In this document: one piece after another, positions 39,046 through 61,049 of the stretch
Layout: every line of letters begins with the position of its first letter
Position numbering within the stretch: position 1 is the stretch's first letter
Assembly (NCBI RefSeq): GCF_000181795.1
Contig: NW_003526940.1
Span: forward strand, 2,003,854 to 2,067,853
From: Trichinella spiralis
Taxonomy: Eukaryota
Reading direction: 5' to 3'
DNA: 64,000 nucleotides
The notes under the pieces: model-generated
What the model saw: the letters and a program-made list of their open reading frames with translations, nothing else
Database searches by the model: none
Told to the model about the DNA's origin: nothing
Program-made: the position numbers and the translations under genes

Positions 39046-39743
39046 CTTTTGACACTTTTTTCCCAATTATCTGAGAAATAACAAAGCTGTAAACAGTTTG
39101 TTTTTTTCTTTTTCTGTCCTTGTTATTCTACATTTTGAAAAATTAGAAATACATAAAATAACATCAACGATCATCGATTAAAAAACATAAACCTAAACAA
39201 TATTAAGAAAAACCTTTAAAATTGAGACAAACAAATGTAATTAAGTAACGACGAATCATAATAATAGTAATAATAATAATAATAATATGCAAGCATGCAA
39301 GTATGTACACAACATGTATGTAATATCGATCAATTCGACAGTTCTGAATCAATGAAAAAACCGGCAAATCAATTTGGAATTTTCTTCTTTTAATAATTGC
39401 AACAACAATAAATGAAAAAAAACTGATAGAGTGCGTGCAAACTGAAATTTAATTTTTTCACTGTTCTGCTGCTTTTCTTCTCTTCTGCTCGGATGACGAC
39501 AGAAACGCAGCAGGCTGGTTGCTGTTGTTCTTGGTCATTTCTGGAGTATAATAAAAAAATAAATAAAGAAATTAAAAATAAAAGTAAAATAATAATTACA
39601 AATGATGAAAGAAGAAGAATAATTAACCAAAGTGTAAAAATTAACCAAATTCAACAAAAAAATTCAATATATGTGTAGTTTGTCATCGACGTCGTCTCAA
39701 TTGCAGTTATCATTTTCTGCAGTCCCTCGAAATTTGATGCCAT

Positions 39744-47250
<7,507 letters not shown>

Positions 47251-48972
47251 CGTGCTTTCTGAAGCTACGGTCGACCGTATAAAGTCAGCAGGCTACTCAA
47301 AACCCGATGCAACGGAAAACCCATCACGTTGTAAAAATCGCCATCAATTGCTCGCACCAGAGCTGCCGCGGAATCTTGAATCGAATAAGCGCCAGCTTTG
47401 TCGCTTTATTGGGCAACAAACAAACAAACAAACAAATTAACCAAATTTCCAATTCACTCAAAATTTAAATAAACTTCGCAAACCAACTTACAATGACTCA
47501 CCACTTTCCACGTACGCGTCGATCAATTCAGAAGACAAATCACCAAATTTCAACTTTGTCACTTCGCAAAACTTTTCTGCAAACTTCTCTTAAGCAAAAA
47601 AAATATATAAATAAACAACAACTCTTCAATATTTTCCTTTTGTTTATACTTTTCAAACCGTGCACTTCCAAAAATACGACACCCGTGTAGACTGAATGTT
47701 CCCTGCCGCTGAAACTGAAATAACAACAACAAAATATTCATCATCACCATTATTATTTCACTTTTCAATAATTCATTAAATAATAAATAACAAAAAAAAT
47801 GAAATTGCATGCATCTAAGCTTTTTTTCACTGTTAAAAATATCACTGCTTTAAATATGAACAAAAAACCGCCAATTAAACTTCCAATTACTGATTATTAT
47901 TGAGGACATTTCAAAACTTGCTTCAAAAATCACAAAAAGATAAATCATCAAATCGGTTTAACGCGTAACTGAATTCAATAAAAAAAACAATTAATAACGT
48001 TGATTCAAATAATATATATATTACACATAAATTGCATCAAAAAATCTTCTCCGCCTATTATAACAAATAAAAATGATGAAACCAGTTTTCATGCATGCTA
48101 TTATTGCAAATTCATGAATATTCATGAATTCAATTCGTATTCAACTATTTAATAACGCTGAAAAATATGATCGGCATTAAATTCCCGCAAAGTTCACTTA
48201 TGTAAGAAGAAAACGATACCTTTCCATATCTCTCAATATTACAACAATAAATAAAATTTAACTACCGTTTACCCCGTAGGCAGAACAATTCAATTTTACG
48301 GTTGTAGCCAAATTTTCCTACTGTAAACTGAAAAAGATACACAAGAATTGGAAAATGATGAAAAACCGCGTGATGAAGTTTCAATCAAAGATTGATATGA
48401 AATCAATTTTCCACAGAACCACAGACTTTTCATATTTAAATGACAATCAAATGGGTAAATAAAAACCCAAATTACCACAAAACTATGTTATGCAGGTTAT
48501 AAAAACTGGTCATCAAATTTTGTCCATATTTACAAGAGAAAACTTTTCTCATTCTTTGTCACTTCCAGTCGAACTGAAGACGCGAAATAATATTCAACAT
48601 TTTACACACTTCATACATATCAACATGTTCAAATAATTATAATTCTTACTGTTGTTAATATATTTTTTAAAAATTTACATAATGATTAACATAAGTATAA
48701 TAAGTTCAAATTTAATTTCATTTAATTTAAATTTTTACATCAATAAAACATAAATTAATATTATATCTACACGATACATTTATTATTTATGATTGGTTTC
48801 TTTAATATGATAATTAAGTTTCTTCAACACAGTAATTAACAGAAACTTGTAAAAAAATTACTTTCAAGTTGATTAAAACAATCAAATGCAATCAAACTTT
48901 TTAAGTTCAAAATAAAAATCAACTTTAATAAACAATACCAACTGAAAAATAAGAAAAAACAAAATATACTCA

Positions 48973-50225
48973 CTCATGTAACATCCGAATTGCATCATTT
49001 TTGTCGATAGGCTTTTCATAAATTTTGCCGCCAAAAACGACCACAGTATCACAACCAATAACGAGTTTCACAGTATCCTAAATGAAACTTCAATTCTGAA
49101 ATAAGCACAGAACATATATGCCATACAAAGTACAGTACTCATGCTCAAAGAAAAAAAATATTTCAATGAATTCAATGAAACAAATTTATCATTCATTCAT
49201 TGCAGTGCTGTTATCATAATTCACGTTGAAATTGAAATGAAGGCTGCTCAGTTTTACTTTTCAAAGAGCAACATTTAACGAAGAGTAATAAATTGCTTTC
49301 ATTCATCAGTTAAAAATATACACATAAAGAAACCTTAAATAATATAATGCTTACTGTTGAGTATTAAGGGAAAAAATATATTTTCAAAGACTAAATGAGT
49401 GTGAAAATGAAAATTTCCAAATGAAACATTTTGATTAATAACTGAACAATAATGACTTGAACTCGCTTAGATAATTCATTATTTATACTCGATAATGTTC
49501 AAAAGCAATTCATAAAACAAAATGAAACAATTTTACATTATTAAGCTTCTCTTGCGTTTTTTAAAGGAAATAAAAGTTTAACCATTCCATACAACAAATT
49601 ATCGACTTTTCCATACGTTTGAAATATTACAAAAAATAGAAAATGCATTTTTAACACATAATTGCATAAACTGCAAAATGTATATGCTTAAAAATTGAAC
49701 ATTGATTGTTAAAAATGGATTACTTCTAATCAGTAATGCTAACTAAATGTTAATGAAACACAAAATTTAAATTCATGTGAATCATGGTTTTCATTTTTTT
49801 CCAATAAATAGTTAAATTGGCTTCTTATTAGTTTCAGCTATTTTGTCTTCATTTTGTATAATTTAAAGATAATCTCAAATTGTTTTACAGAAACTTATAA
49901 TTAAATTATTTAAACCCAAAAATGACTGACCTGATTGCTTAACTGAGATGCAACGTCTTCTGCTTTAAATGAGGCGTTATCAATTACGTAATCACCAGGA
50001 CGACCAAAGTATAAACTCTTATCTAAGTCTTCGGCAAATTTAGATGTCACGACTTTGAAAGGCAATTTCTTCAGATAAATAAAATTTTACAACAACAACA
50101 ACTTTTACAAACAATATGAAATTTGCTCCTCTTACAAGCTTCTTTAAAATTTCTTCTCTTCGTGGTGAAGCGCTGGCCAAAATAATTTCTTTGTTGTTCA
50201 ATCCAGGAAGCAGTTTGGAAAACAT
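48973..50225 (-). CDS. Maf-family nucleoside triphosphate pyrophosphatase (ASMTL-like); only the N-terminal three exons found
   Basis: IILASASPRREEIL; SKFAEDLDKS..NASFKAEDVA; VIGCDTVVVFGGKIYEKP..DAIRML. Confidence 0.8.
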
Positions 50226-52076
50226 CTAACGCACGACCTAAAGATAAATCACTCGAAAAAACTAATTCTACTAAACTAAAACCTTAATTAAACATAAAAC
50301 TCATGTAGTTGAATATTTTCAAATAATTTTCTAAATTTAGAAAATCTGCAAATAACATAAACATGGGCTTGAAAACAAAACAAAACACTTACATCAATAG
50401 TAAATTATAGACTGAAGAAAAATTATCAATTCGCTATTAGCTTGATAAATTAAATGTTCGAACAAAATTTTATCAAGCATACCATTACAAAAATAAAAAG
50501 TAGAATGGCAATTACTGTAAAAGTAAAAAATTTAAGTACAAACTAGTGTTCATAGGAAAACGCTTTTGAGCGAAATGCTTATTTTAGCAATGTTTTTATT
50601 TCCTTTTATTTAATCTGAATTATTCGATTTGAATTATTTCCTTGTGTATTAAAATTTCTTTACAGTTATGCTAAACTACTGTCTTTAATTTTGAAAAGAA
50701 AAATTACATGACAATCAAATAATACGGTGTTTTACAATTTTTTATAAATGTTCAGAAATTTATACTTGCTAATTTTATAATATTCTGCGTTTTCATTTAT
50801 TCATAAAAATGATCTGTAAAATATAAAATTATTTCCATTTAAATATTTTACCAACATACAGTGCAAATTAAATAATTTGTCTGTTAGCAAAAACTATACA
50901 ACAAAAATTTCAGGTGGTTGAACGAAAATAACTTTGTTTTTTGCTCTACACTCCTTTATTGTCATTGCATCAGTTCAGCAAATGCGCACTGTCATATTAA
51001 TTTCATTGTATAATTTTTATCACTTCATAGTAACAGCTTTTAGCTTTATTTAAAGATGAAGCATTATTTGATGTTTTTTTAATAAAACGGTAAATGGAAC
51101 CTTTGAATTAATTACAGTATGGACTATTTGTACATGACAATCTTTTCTTCAGTAACAGTAAAATGTAAATATGATTTGTTGATAGGGAATTTTTGATCAA
51201 TTGTGATAAATTTTCTTTCTTATATTGACATTATAATGATATTTTTGGCACTTCGCGGCATTTGTCTTGTTATTTCTAACTTACGTTGTGTTGATCCGAT
51301 CGATTGCAATGAGAGAATGAAAATTTAAAAATCGTTAACAATTTGTATCATGTTTAATGTTATTTGAGGCTGAATAGTCAAAATTATGGCTACGGTTTTT
51401 GTATTGATAAACCCGGCTGCTTTTGTCTAGGTTGAGATTTTGCTTTCTTCCATGTTTGCGTCTTTGTGCAAAGCAAGAAAACTATCGCTAAAGCGGCATG
51501 AATGAATTTACTAAATTTGTCATTAAACAACTTCTTAGTAATAAAATTTTGAATTTTCTGACTGAACAACAAATTGAACAGCAACCAAAACACAGTTGAG
51601 ACACACCATTGTCGAAAGAATCTCGAACAGTCCTCAGTCGAAGGTAGAAACTGATTATTCAGGCAGCGAACAGTAATATCTATTTTTGAACATCATATTG
51701 CTGAGCGACCATCAAAAGTACGTAATGAAGGGATTGCGGGATCCGGAAGACTTATTAATTAAAATCCGTAATAGCCCAATTTCATATTATATTATATTAT
51801 ATTATATTATATTATATTATATTATTATTTCATCTATCTCCATTGACGAACGTTCCATCAACCAGGAGCTACAGTTTATATAAAATCTGAAATAATGTGT
51901 TGCTGAAATATAATTCGTATATTTTCCGTATATATATAATTAATGTACTCACAATAAAATCAAACTGTAAACCTTCCATAACACCGCATATCGTTTTCTT
52001 TAACTGTTTTGTCCTTTAATTTGCCAATCTTCCAGACACTCTACGAATGATGCACATAAAGATTGTATAATTAACG

Positions 52077-54526
52077 TCATTCCACATCTTTAAAAATTAA
52101 ACTCAAGAAATAAATTTAGGTAGAAAATTTCCTCCTTTCTATAGAGGTGAAAATTTATACAATAATATTAGAAAATAAAATATAAGGTTTATTTAAATTA
52201 AATAAACATCAGTTATCAATAAAATTACCTTTCTGATCAGCATTTATATTCTGCTGAATGTCATGAAATAGATTTTTAATGTCAACATTTTTAAAAGCAG
52301 TAGCATCTTTTTCCCTTTCCCACGGGCAGAAATCTTCCGCATTCAGTTGTAATTTTATTCTCTGAAACCAAATACAAATGAGCAAAACAAAACAACAACA
52401 AATCCAAAACTTACATCTTGATATAGTCCAAACGAAGTTAAACACAACGCCTGTGTTATCAATTTCGTTGGAAATAGAAGTTTCAAGCATGAGTTGAGAT
52501 AAATTAAAAAATCATTGGAAAAAATTATCATCATATTTGAAACGGTTTTCTTTTCCTCATCCGTCAAGTCATCAGTGCTGAAAAAGCAAATTGTTACATT
52601 AAATTCGCACTTACAAATCACAGGATAGTGATGAGAAGTTACTTGGACAGTTGGCTCAAAGTTGTAGCTACTGATCGAAGAGAAGTTTCAAGACTTTCAA
52701 GCAAAAAGCAAGCAAAATTTACGGCAGGAAGATTTCTGGTAAAATTAAAAATTTCAATAATTTCATTGCAATAAATTGCCAAGGACGGATAAGCAAGCAA
52801 TGAAACTGGTGGTTTCAAAGATTCTACCTCGCTACTAACTTTCATTTCACAAGAAACCCGGCAATGTGAAAGATTTTTCCGCTTTTGCAATCTTTCAACA
52901 GCACTATAAATACAAACAAAAAGAACCAGATAATTATGCTTCACAATCCAGTGATAATTAACATTTTTAAAACAATAAAAATATCGTCAATAAATAAATG
53001 AATAACTGAAATAAAAAATACTTGGCAGTTGCCTTCTGCAGTAAATTTTTGGTTGTGTTTTTGAAAAAATTTTCGAAAACTGGAACAAACAGCATTCTGA
53101 CGTCGGCTCCAACACGGCCCATGGAAGATCCAAAATGCATACATTGAGTCATCACTGAATCCAGACGATCTGTTGGACATTTTGGCAAAGTTTCAACAAT
53201 GATCTCCAAAAATTGTTCAACTCGATAATAAAGCCAAGAATTGACAATCGAAGAACAATCGACTTCAATTTCCTCCTTTGGCCAAATCTTGGAAATTGAA
53301 GAATTTTCTTCAGAAAATGCAGCTCTGTATTGAATCATCACATCGAACAGACAACTACGGTAAACATCTACCGTGCGAATGAGCATCTGATAAGAATCGT
53401 TGAATTTTTCCCCATCTAAACACCTCTGAATCCATTCATCTCGAGCCTGAAAAATTACAAACCATGCACAAGTGAAACTTGAATTATCTAACAAAGAAAT
53501 TACAAAAATTAAAGAATATTTACGAACAAAAATTGCATGCGAAGTTCAGATTCTGTGTAAATTGCCATACGTCTGAGAAAGGAAATAATTTTAAGACACT
53601 GGGTCAAGTTCAGATCCGATCGCAATTGTTCAAGGCAGCATTCAAGAAGATAATTTCTTTGATTTTTAACTTGTCTTGCTATGTCCTGAAAATGAAATTA
53701 CCTTTTGTTTAAAATTAAAATACTGATAATCAAAAACTGAACCTCACCTGAACTAGCGGTACATCTTGGAGACGTGAATCGAGTCTTGTTATAAATTGAA
53801 TTAATTCAAATGCTTTTTCGTAACGACCACGACGAACGCTGCTTTCGATCAGTTCAGGCACGTGTAAAATTGCCACAACATCCGAACAGGCTGTTTTAGC
53901 ATCTGCCAAAACTTCCTTTTCGTTGCACAACTTTTGACTACTTTGAACATACTGCATGCAGTCGCCTTTCAAATTGTCCACGTCAGTTCGGAACTTTTCC
54001 AACTTTGCCGAAATATCTTTCAACTAGACAATAAATGAAACAATTATTTTTTGAATTTCAAATTTTTTTCATTACATGGTTGGAAATTTTTTCTGAACAA
54101 CACGTCGTTTGGATAAATGTATCATAATGGGAGAAGGCCAAATTTTCAATTTCCTTCAGCAGATCTGCCTTTTCTTTTTCCAATCGTCTCGATTCTGCAG
54201 CTATAAATGTACAAATACCACATAATCAAGAAAATCGATCAAATCAATCGTTTGATCAAAAAACATCACAATTAATGAAAAAGAAAAAATAATTTACGTA
54301 AAGCACTTGGTTCCAATTTGTATATTTTTTCCAAATAATCACCACAAATGTTCGCTTCAAGTTGATCAACTAAAAAAATAAAAATAACAACAAATATTCA
54401 TATAAATATACGGCATATATAAAATAAATATGTCTAGCAAAAACATAAACTTTACAATGATTTCAGTTATAGAAATGAAATTGAAAAAATACCATTTTCA
54501 AGGCTGCTTTTCCTATGATCGTCCAT
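52077..54526 (-). CDS. COG8: Conserved oligomeric Golgi complex subunit 8 (Dor1), ~10 exons
   Basis: ILHVPELIESSVRRGRYEKA, FQARDEW, LFDVMIQYRAAF, QCMHFGSSMGRVGADVR, PPVSLLAYPSLAIYCNEI. Confidence 0.9.
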
Positions 54527-56314
54527 AATCACTTATACAATCGACACATTGTTATACAGATTAATAAGAACTATATTTTGTAAATTAACCATCAACTATA
54601 AGTATAACCAGTGATCCTAATTTATTGAAAAATATCTGGTATGATTTCATGCATACAGTAATAAAAAATCAAGCAATATTAATTGAATTTCAAAAATCAA
54701 AGTAGTAAAAATTTAAAACTTAAATTTAAATAAAATTATTTTGTTCTATTAACTTATTTTATTCTTTTCAACCTAATATTTTAATCCAATATTACGAAAT
54801 ACTATAAATGCTAAAAAAAACTTTATTTTTACATTAATTCTCCAAAAATTTATTTTCTTAGTAAAATAATTTTTATATAACTTAAAATAAAATATATTCT
54901 TTAATATTTGAAAATTTTACGCATTTACGGATACCTGATTTTTCAGTTTATTCAGAATTAAGCAGAATAATTGTACTAATTTAAGAATTATTTATTTTGC
55001 ATTTTACAACAGTTTTTTACTATTATTCAGATATATTTTCATTGTCGAAGAAGCATGAAAGCATTTAAAAAATACTTACAGTAAATGATGATGTAAATCT
55101 TAATTATATTATTGGTACGGTATTTAATTGGACTAATATGCTTGTCAATTTAAATTATTCTTGTCCGATTTTTGTTGTTCTATGATTATTTTTATTAATA
55201 AGAAAGCAATTTCGGTATACTGACACTTTATTTAGGTAAATATGTTGTTTTTCAATTTTTTGTTAATGCTATATGTTGACGCAGAATGTGTGCAAATTTT
55301 TGTATTTATACAATATTTATCGAATAATTTTAATGCACCTTTTAATTAATTTTTTACATAATTTTGTTTCAAAATTTACATTTTAGCTTTTCATGTGCAT
55401 TAGCTTAAAGTTTCGTGCTGTTTATGAAGCGTTTAAGTAAAATTAGCCGCGCTATAAATTGGCACTGTACGCTTACAGTGAAGACGTATTGTCTGTGCAG
55501 CTCGCAGTACATAAAGTGTTTATAATTTATTAAAGCGATATTATGAAATTTACTTTTTCATGAGTGTATTTTAAGAAATGTGTTTTGTTTATTTTGCTTT
55601 TCATTTTCATTCATTGTTTCTTTATTTATTTATAAATTGCCCCACTATTGTCAAATGATGTGATACATTGTAAATTCTGTTAAAGTTTTAATGTTGGAAT
55701 GATTATTTATAAATTGGTTTCTATTTCAAGCTGAGAAGTGCCAAAACAGAGGCTTTTATTAAATCAATGTTTAATCTTTCTTAAATATCTAGTAAGAATA
55801 TTACTTTGTGCTGCTCGTTTGCTTGCTGTATTGGAGATTTTATTTTTAATTTGTTATTGAATTTATCTGTCCATGTTTGGCATGTGTGTAATTTCATTTT
55901 ATTTGACATTTTTTGTTTTACTTTGATTAATATGTTTAATGCTTAATTTGATTTTTTTCCTCTTAAGTAATGTTGATTTAATTCCAAGCACATTACCCGA
56001 CTCTGATCAGACATTATTTAATACTGTTAAACGTACGTTAATATTTTTTGACAGGATGCATTGGAGGACAGTTACTTGATCTTTTTCAGAAATAACTTTT
56101 ATAATTAAGTTTGCGTATTTGCATATCTTTTGAAAAGTGTGATTCATTGATCATTTTGTATTGGTTACATTATGGAAATCATAATTTACGCTGATTGTTA
56201 TATATTCCAAATTAGTGTTTTCAAAATTTTATGTAGATGAGTGTCTAATTTTTGATCAGCATGCAATTTCTATGTAAAATTATTTTCAGTGTTTTGTTAA
56301 ATTGTAATTTTAGA

Positions 56315-59300
56315 ATGGAGGGTAGTGATGTGAGCTCAGCAACATCGTACACATTGGATTCAAGTCAGACAAAGACAAAATACAAGGTATTTGTTCTGTT
56401 ATTCATATGCGTGAAGAATGTAAAGCAGAAATGAAATAAATTTCATTGTTCATTACTTTACTACCCGTTCAGATTATTTTAAATATGTATGTAAATGATG
56501 TTTATTTGAAGTTTTAATGTTGAATTCAATTTATTATAATTTAGAAAAGAAAACTGCAATATCATCAAGCAAAGAAACGAGCTACCCGTGAATTGATGCG
56601 AGCATTGAAAGATCCGACGATCGTATTGATTGCCGATTGGTTAAAAGTGCGCGGCACGCTTCGGAAATGGACTCGAGTATTTTGTGTTTTGAAACCGGGA
56701 TTGTTTATTATTTACAAAAATCAAAAAACGCATAAAGTATTTTTTTGATTATTTTGTAATTTTTTAATTAAATTGAATGAATTTTTTTTATTCAGCATGG
56801 TCATTGGATTGGCACGGTTTTGCTAAATTGTTGCGAACTGATTGAGAGGCCTTCGAAAAAGGGTGGCTTTTGTTTCAAATTGTTCCATCCGTTGGATCAG
56901 TCAATTTGGGCTGCCCGTGGACCGAAAGGAGAAGCATTTGGTGCTGTCACGCAACCACTGCCAACATCGTATCTTATATGTCGTTCACCATCTGATGAAT
57001 CCGGTAAATTGATGCTGCTTGTTTATTTTTTGTTTACGATATGAAATATTGTTCAAACTGTTTCAGGTAGATGTTGGATGGATGGTCTTGAGATGGCATT
57101 GAAATGTAATCGTCTTTTGATGAAAACTTTGCACAATCAATGGTTGCAAGATTGCAGTGGAATTGTTGTTGAGGATGGTTTTGAAGATAAAGCAATGAAA
57201 GAATCCAATTATTCTGTAGATCCTGAAGATGGTAAGTAAGCATTGGAATTATTATCGTTTATAATTGTGAAAATAATGTTGATGATTTTCTTTTTAAATA
57301 TTATTGATTGAATTTTATAATTTTTTTGAAGAAATATACTTTGATTTAATAAATGCGATATTATTTGAATGATTAAGTAAATATTTATGACAGCGAAACT
57401 GCTTGTTTAAGCAGATTTGAAAAGATGAACAGTTTGGATGAATTGTTGTTGACTGAAATGCAGTTGATGAATAAGTGTGACAACATTGATGAATGCATTT
57501 TGAACACTTTATTATTTCACATTTAAGATCAAAGAAAAAGCAACTTGAAAATCTTTACAAGATATTAACAATTTTAATTAAGATAAATTTGTTTCTTAAA
57601 TTGTTTATGGTGAATTTTTTTCTTGATATGTATAGCTGATGATTATGGATAAATTGGAAAGAAATTTTCAACTGAGTAGATAGATGATACTTTTGCAGAA
57701 GAAGAAGCAGTTAGCGAAATGGAAGAAGCAGATTTGGTAGAAAAAGTAATTCAAGAAACTGTATACGTGCCTGCCCCTCCGGAAGTGTTTGGCGCTGTAA
57801 ATTTTAAATTCAAAAAGCAAAAAGAAATAAATAATAATTGTTTTTTTTTGTTCAAGAGCGGTGAATCAGAACAAGTTGAAGAGGTTGCTGAAGAGAATAA
57901 AAGTTTGATTTGGACTTTGATGAAGCAGGTTGCAACGTTGGACTGTTTTGTGAAGTTCTTCTTTTTTTGTTCAATTGATTTTAAAAATGCATTTCAGGTT
58001 CGACCTGGAATGGATTTATCCAAAGTGGTGTTGCCGACTTTCATTTTGGAGCCGAGGTCATTTTTGGAAAAATTAGCCGATTATTATTATCACGCAGATC
58101 TGCTTTCTGAGTAAGTAAGAAAAGTGAGTATTGATATTTAAAGAAAAAATAACATTTTTTTAAAAATTATTCAGAGCAGCAAAAGAAAATGATCCGTACA
58201 AAAGAATGCAACTAGTTTTGAAATTTTATTTATCTGGCTTTTACAAGAAGCCCAAAGTGAGTGAATGAAGTGTGGGGTGGAAATAAAAGTACATGTATAA
58301 TTTATATAGGGTCTGAAAAAGCCGTACAATCCAATTCTTGGTGAAGTGTTTCGTTGTTATTGGTATGATCCGTCTACGGACAGTCGAACATTTTACATTG
58401 CTGAACAAGTGTCCCATCATCCGCCGATATCCGCATTTTTTGTTACCAATCGCAAAAGTGGTTTCAATATCAGTGGTACAATTTTGGCAAAATCCAAATA
58501 TTACGGTATGGGAATATATTTGCAAAATAAAGGAGGAGTGCAGAAATATATGGTTGTATTCGTAGGTAATTCATTGTCAGCAATTATGTGCGGCGGTGCT
58601 CGAATCACCCTGTTGAATAGAGGCGAAAATTACATAGTCACGTTGCCATATGCCCATTGCAAGGGTCTAGTGTTGGGCACGTTGTCGATGGAACTTGGCG
58701 GTTCGGTGAGCCTTACCTGCGATCGTACCTCTTATTCCGCTTTGATCGAATTCAAACTGCGACCGTTTTTTGGTCGTTCTGACTGCATCAACATGCTGAG
58801 CGGTAAAATAATGCTCGGCAAAGAGACTCTGGCCGATATCAGCGGTCGATGGGACGATACGATTTACATCACAGACAAGCAGACAAATGTAATAAAAAGT
58901 CGATGATTGATTGATTGAATTTCAAATTTTTCTTTTTAAATTTTCAAATCAGGAAACGAACATTCTTTGGGGTCCGATTGAAGTGGCTGTGGCGCATCGT
59001 TTGAAACGTTCGGATGTCGATTTCGACGTTCAAGAAGAATTTGAATCATCCAAGTATTATTGCAAAGTTTTTTTATACCTGCCTTTTTTTCTTTTTGAAA
59101 ATTATCTTCTGCTTTTTTCATCTGTTGTTGTTGTTGTTGTTGAAAAAAGGCTTTGGATAAAAGTGACAGAAGCGATCAAAGCTTGTGATCAAGAATGGGC
59201 GACGGTTGAAAAGACCAAAGTTGAAGAACTGCAACGGCAAAAAGCGAAAGATTTGGTCGACAAAGGGAAAATCCACCAGACCAGACTGTTCGATTTGGAC

Positions 59301-59932
59301 ACGAATTCAAACATGTGGATTTACAGACATGCTGAGTAAAAAATGAATTTCGTATATTTTGATTTGATTACAAAAAAAATTCAATTTTCATTCAGCTATC
59401 GTCCTTGGGATATACAGAATGATCTGTTCCAGTATGAATGTGATTTTATTATTCAAACGAAAGCGTTGCATAAAACTCCAATTGTCAAATCGAACAGTGT
59501 CAGAAGTTTGAATTCGTTGGCCGTTAGTAATATGAAAGATGAAGAAGATTGGACCGACGGTGAAGAGACACCGAGTGGTTTGTGTTATATTATTATTATT
59601 AACAATATGAATATAATTATATTTTTTTTGCAGATGCCAGTTTGATAATTACCAAAGAAGAAGAAGAAGAAGAATTGGGAGAAAATGATGCAGTATGCAA
59701 AAATAGTACTGTAATATTGAACGAAGTGCGAGCTGTGGCGAAATTGGTGAAAGAGTTGAACGATCGTATGAATACGATCAGCTCTGATATGCTATTTCTA
59801 CGTTCAAAATTGATCTCCGGTGATGCGCGGTGGTTTTGGTTCAGCAACAGCGACTGCTGGTCTACAGCAACAACGGTCGTCGTTGTTGCCGTCGGATTGG
59901 CTGCTCTTATTTTAGCTATTTGGTTTCGCTGA
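56315..59932 (+). CDS. OSBPL8: Oxysterol-binding protein-related ORP5/ORP8 (PH + ORD + C-terminal TM)
   Basis: PH domain [52 protein letters not shown], terminal hydrophobic helix. Confidence 0.95.
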
Positions 59933-60323
59933 AAAATTATGAAAATTGCAAATCATAAACAAAAAGCTTGCTTTTTATCAATTTATATACGGTGTCGTCT
60001 AACAACTAATAATAATAATAATTTTGTCTTGTTGATTCAAACGGTGACAAAGTTCTCTTTCTTTTTTTTCTTCTATTCACAATATTTAATATGCTTTCGT
60101 AAGTGCATTTTGCTTGAGGTTTGAAAGCGTGAATTTGCATTTAACGAAGTGATATGATTAAAATTTATTTCTACTCCCAGTGTTGTCTGTTGTCTTGATT
60201 GTTATCGTCGGTTCTGTCATTGACAGAATATTGTTTTCTTATTTACGGGATGTTTAAAAATGAAATAATAGAAGAAAACAACAGCAATTTAATATTATTT
60301 TTCTAGTCAACAGCAGATAGATT

Positions 60324-61015
60324 ATGGGAGTTGGATTTGACTGTATTCTTCTACATACTACCCAAGTAATGTTCATAAATTATTATTATTATTTGTTTTG
60401 ACATGCATATTTTTACTTTTGGAAACATTCTATTTCAGGCACTGGTTTTCGCGTGCGGTTGGCTATTTTGTATCAGACAACTGTACAGTGGAAATCAAGT
60501 ATGGGACGGTTGAACACAACAGCACTTGCTTGTGGAATATTGAAAAAAAATTTATTTCATTTTTTGTAGGTTCGTTATCACAAAGTGATCTTTTTGTTTT
60601 CGATTACTTTTTGCCTTTCGTGCACAATGTTCGAATTGATCATTTTCGAAATTTTGAATTTCTTGGAAAGCAGGTACGATTGAAGTTTCAAAAAAGGAAA
60701 AATTTTTTTTAATTATTTTGCTTTCATTTTTTCAGCATTCGTTATTATTATTTGAAATTGACGTTGTATTTGCTTTTGTTGTTGCTGATTTTGGTCATTC
60801 CGTTCAGCATTGCTCAATATACGCTAAGAAATATTCGTATCAGTAGGTGTTTTGTGGGAGTTTTCTTTTCTGTTATAATTTTAATTTTCATCATTTTTCG
60901 TTCAGTTCGTGAATCATTTGTCAATTTGTTGAGTGGTATTTCTTGGTTATTGTTTTTCTACGGCTTTTGGAAATTTGGCTTTCCATTTCCCGCACTGAGC
61001 AGCCGATTCGGTTCG

Positions 61016-61049
<34 letters not shown>

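Noticed and set aside
51390..51950. Small ORF and splice-like signals downstream of the COG8 stop
   Set aside because: No coherent reading frame or homology recognised
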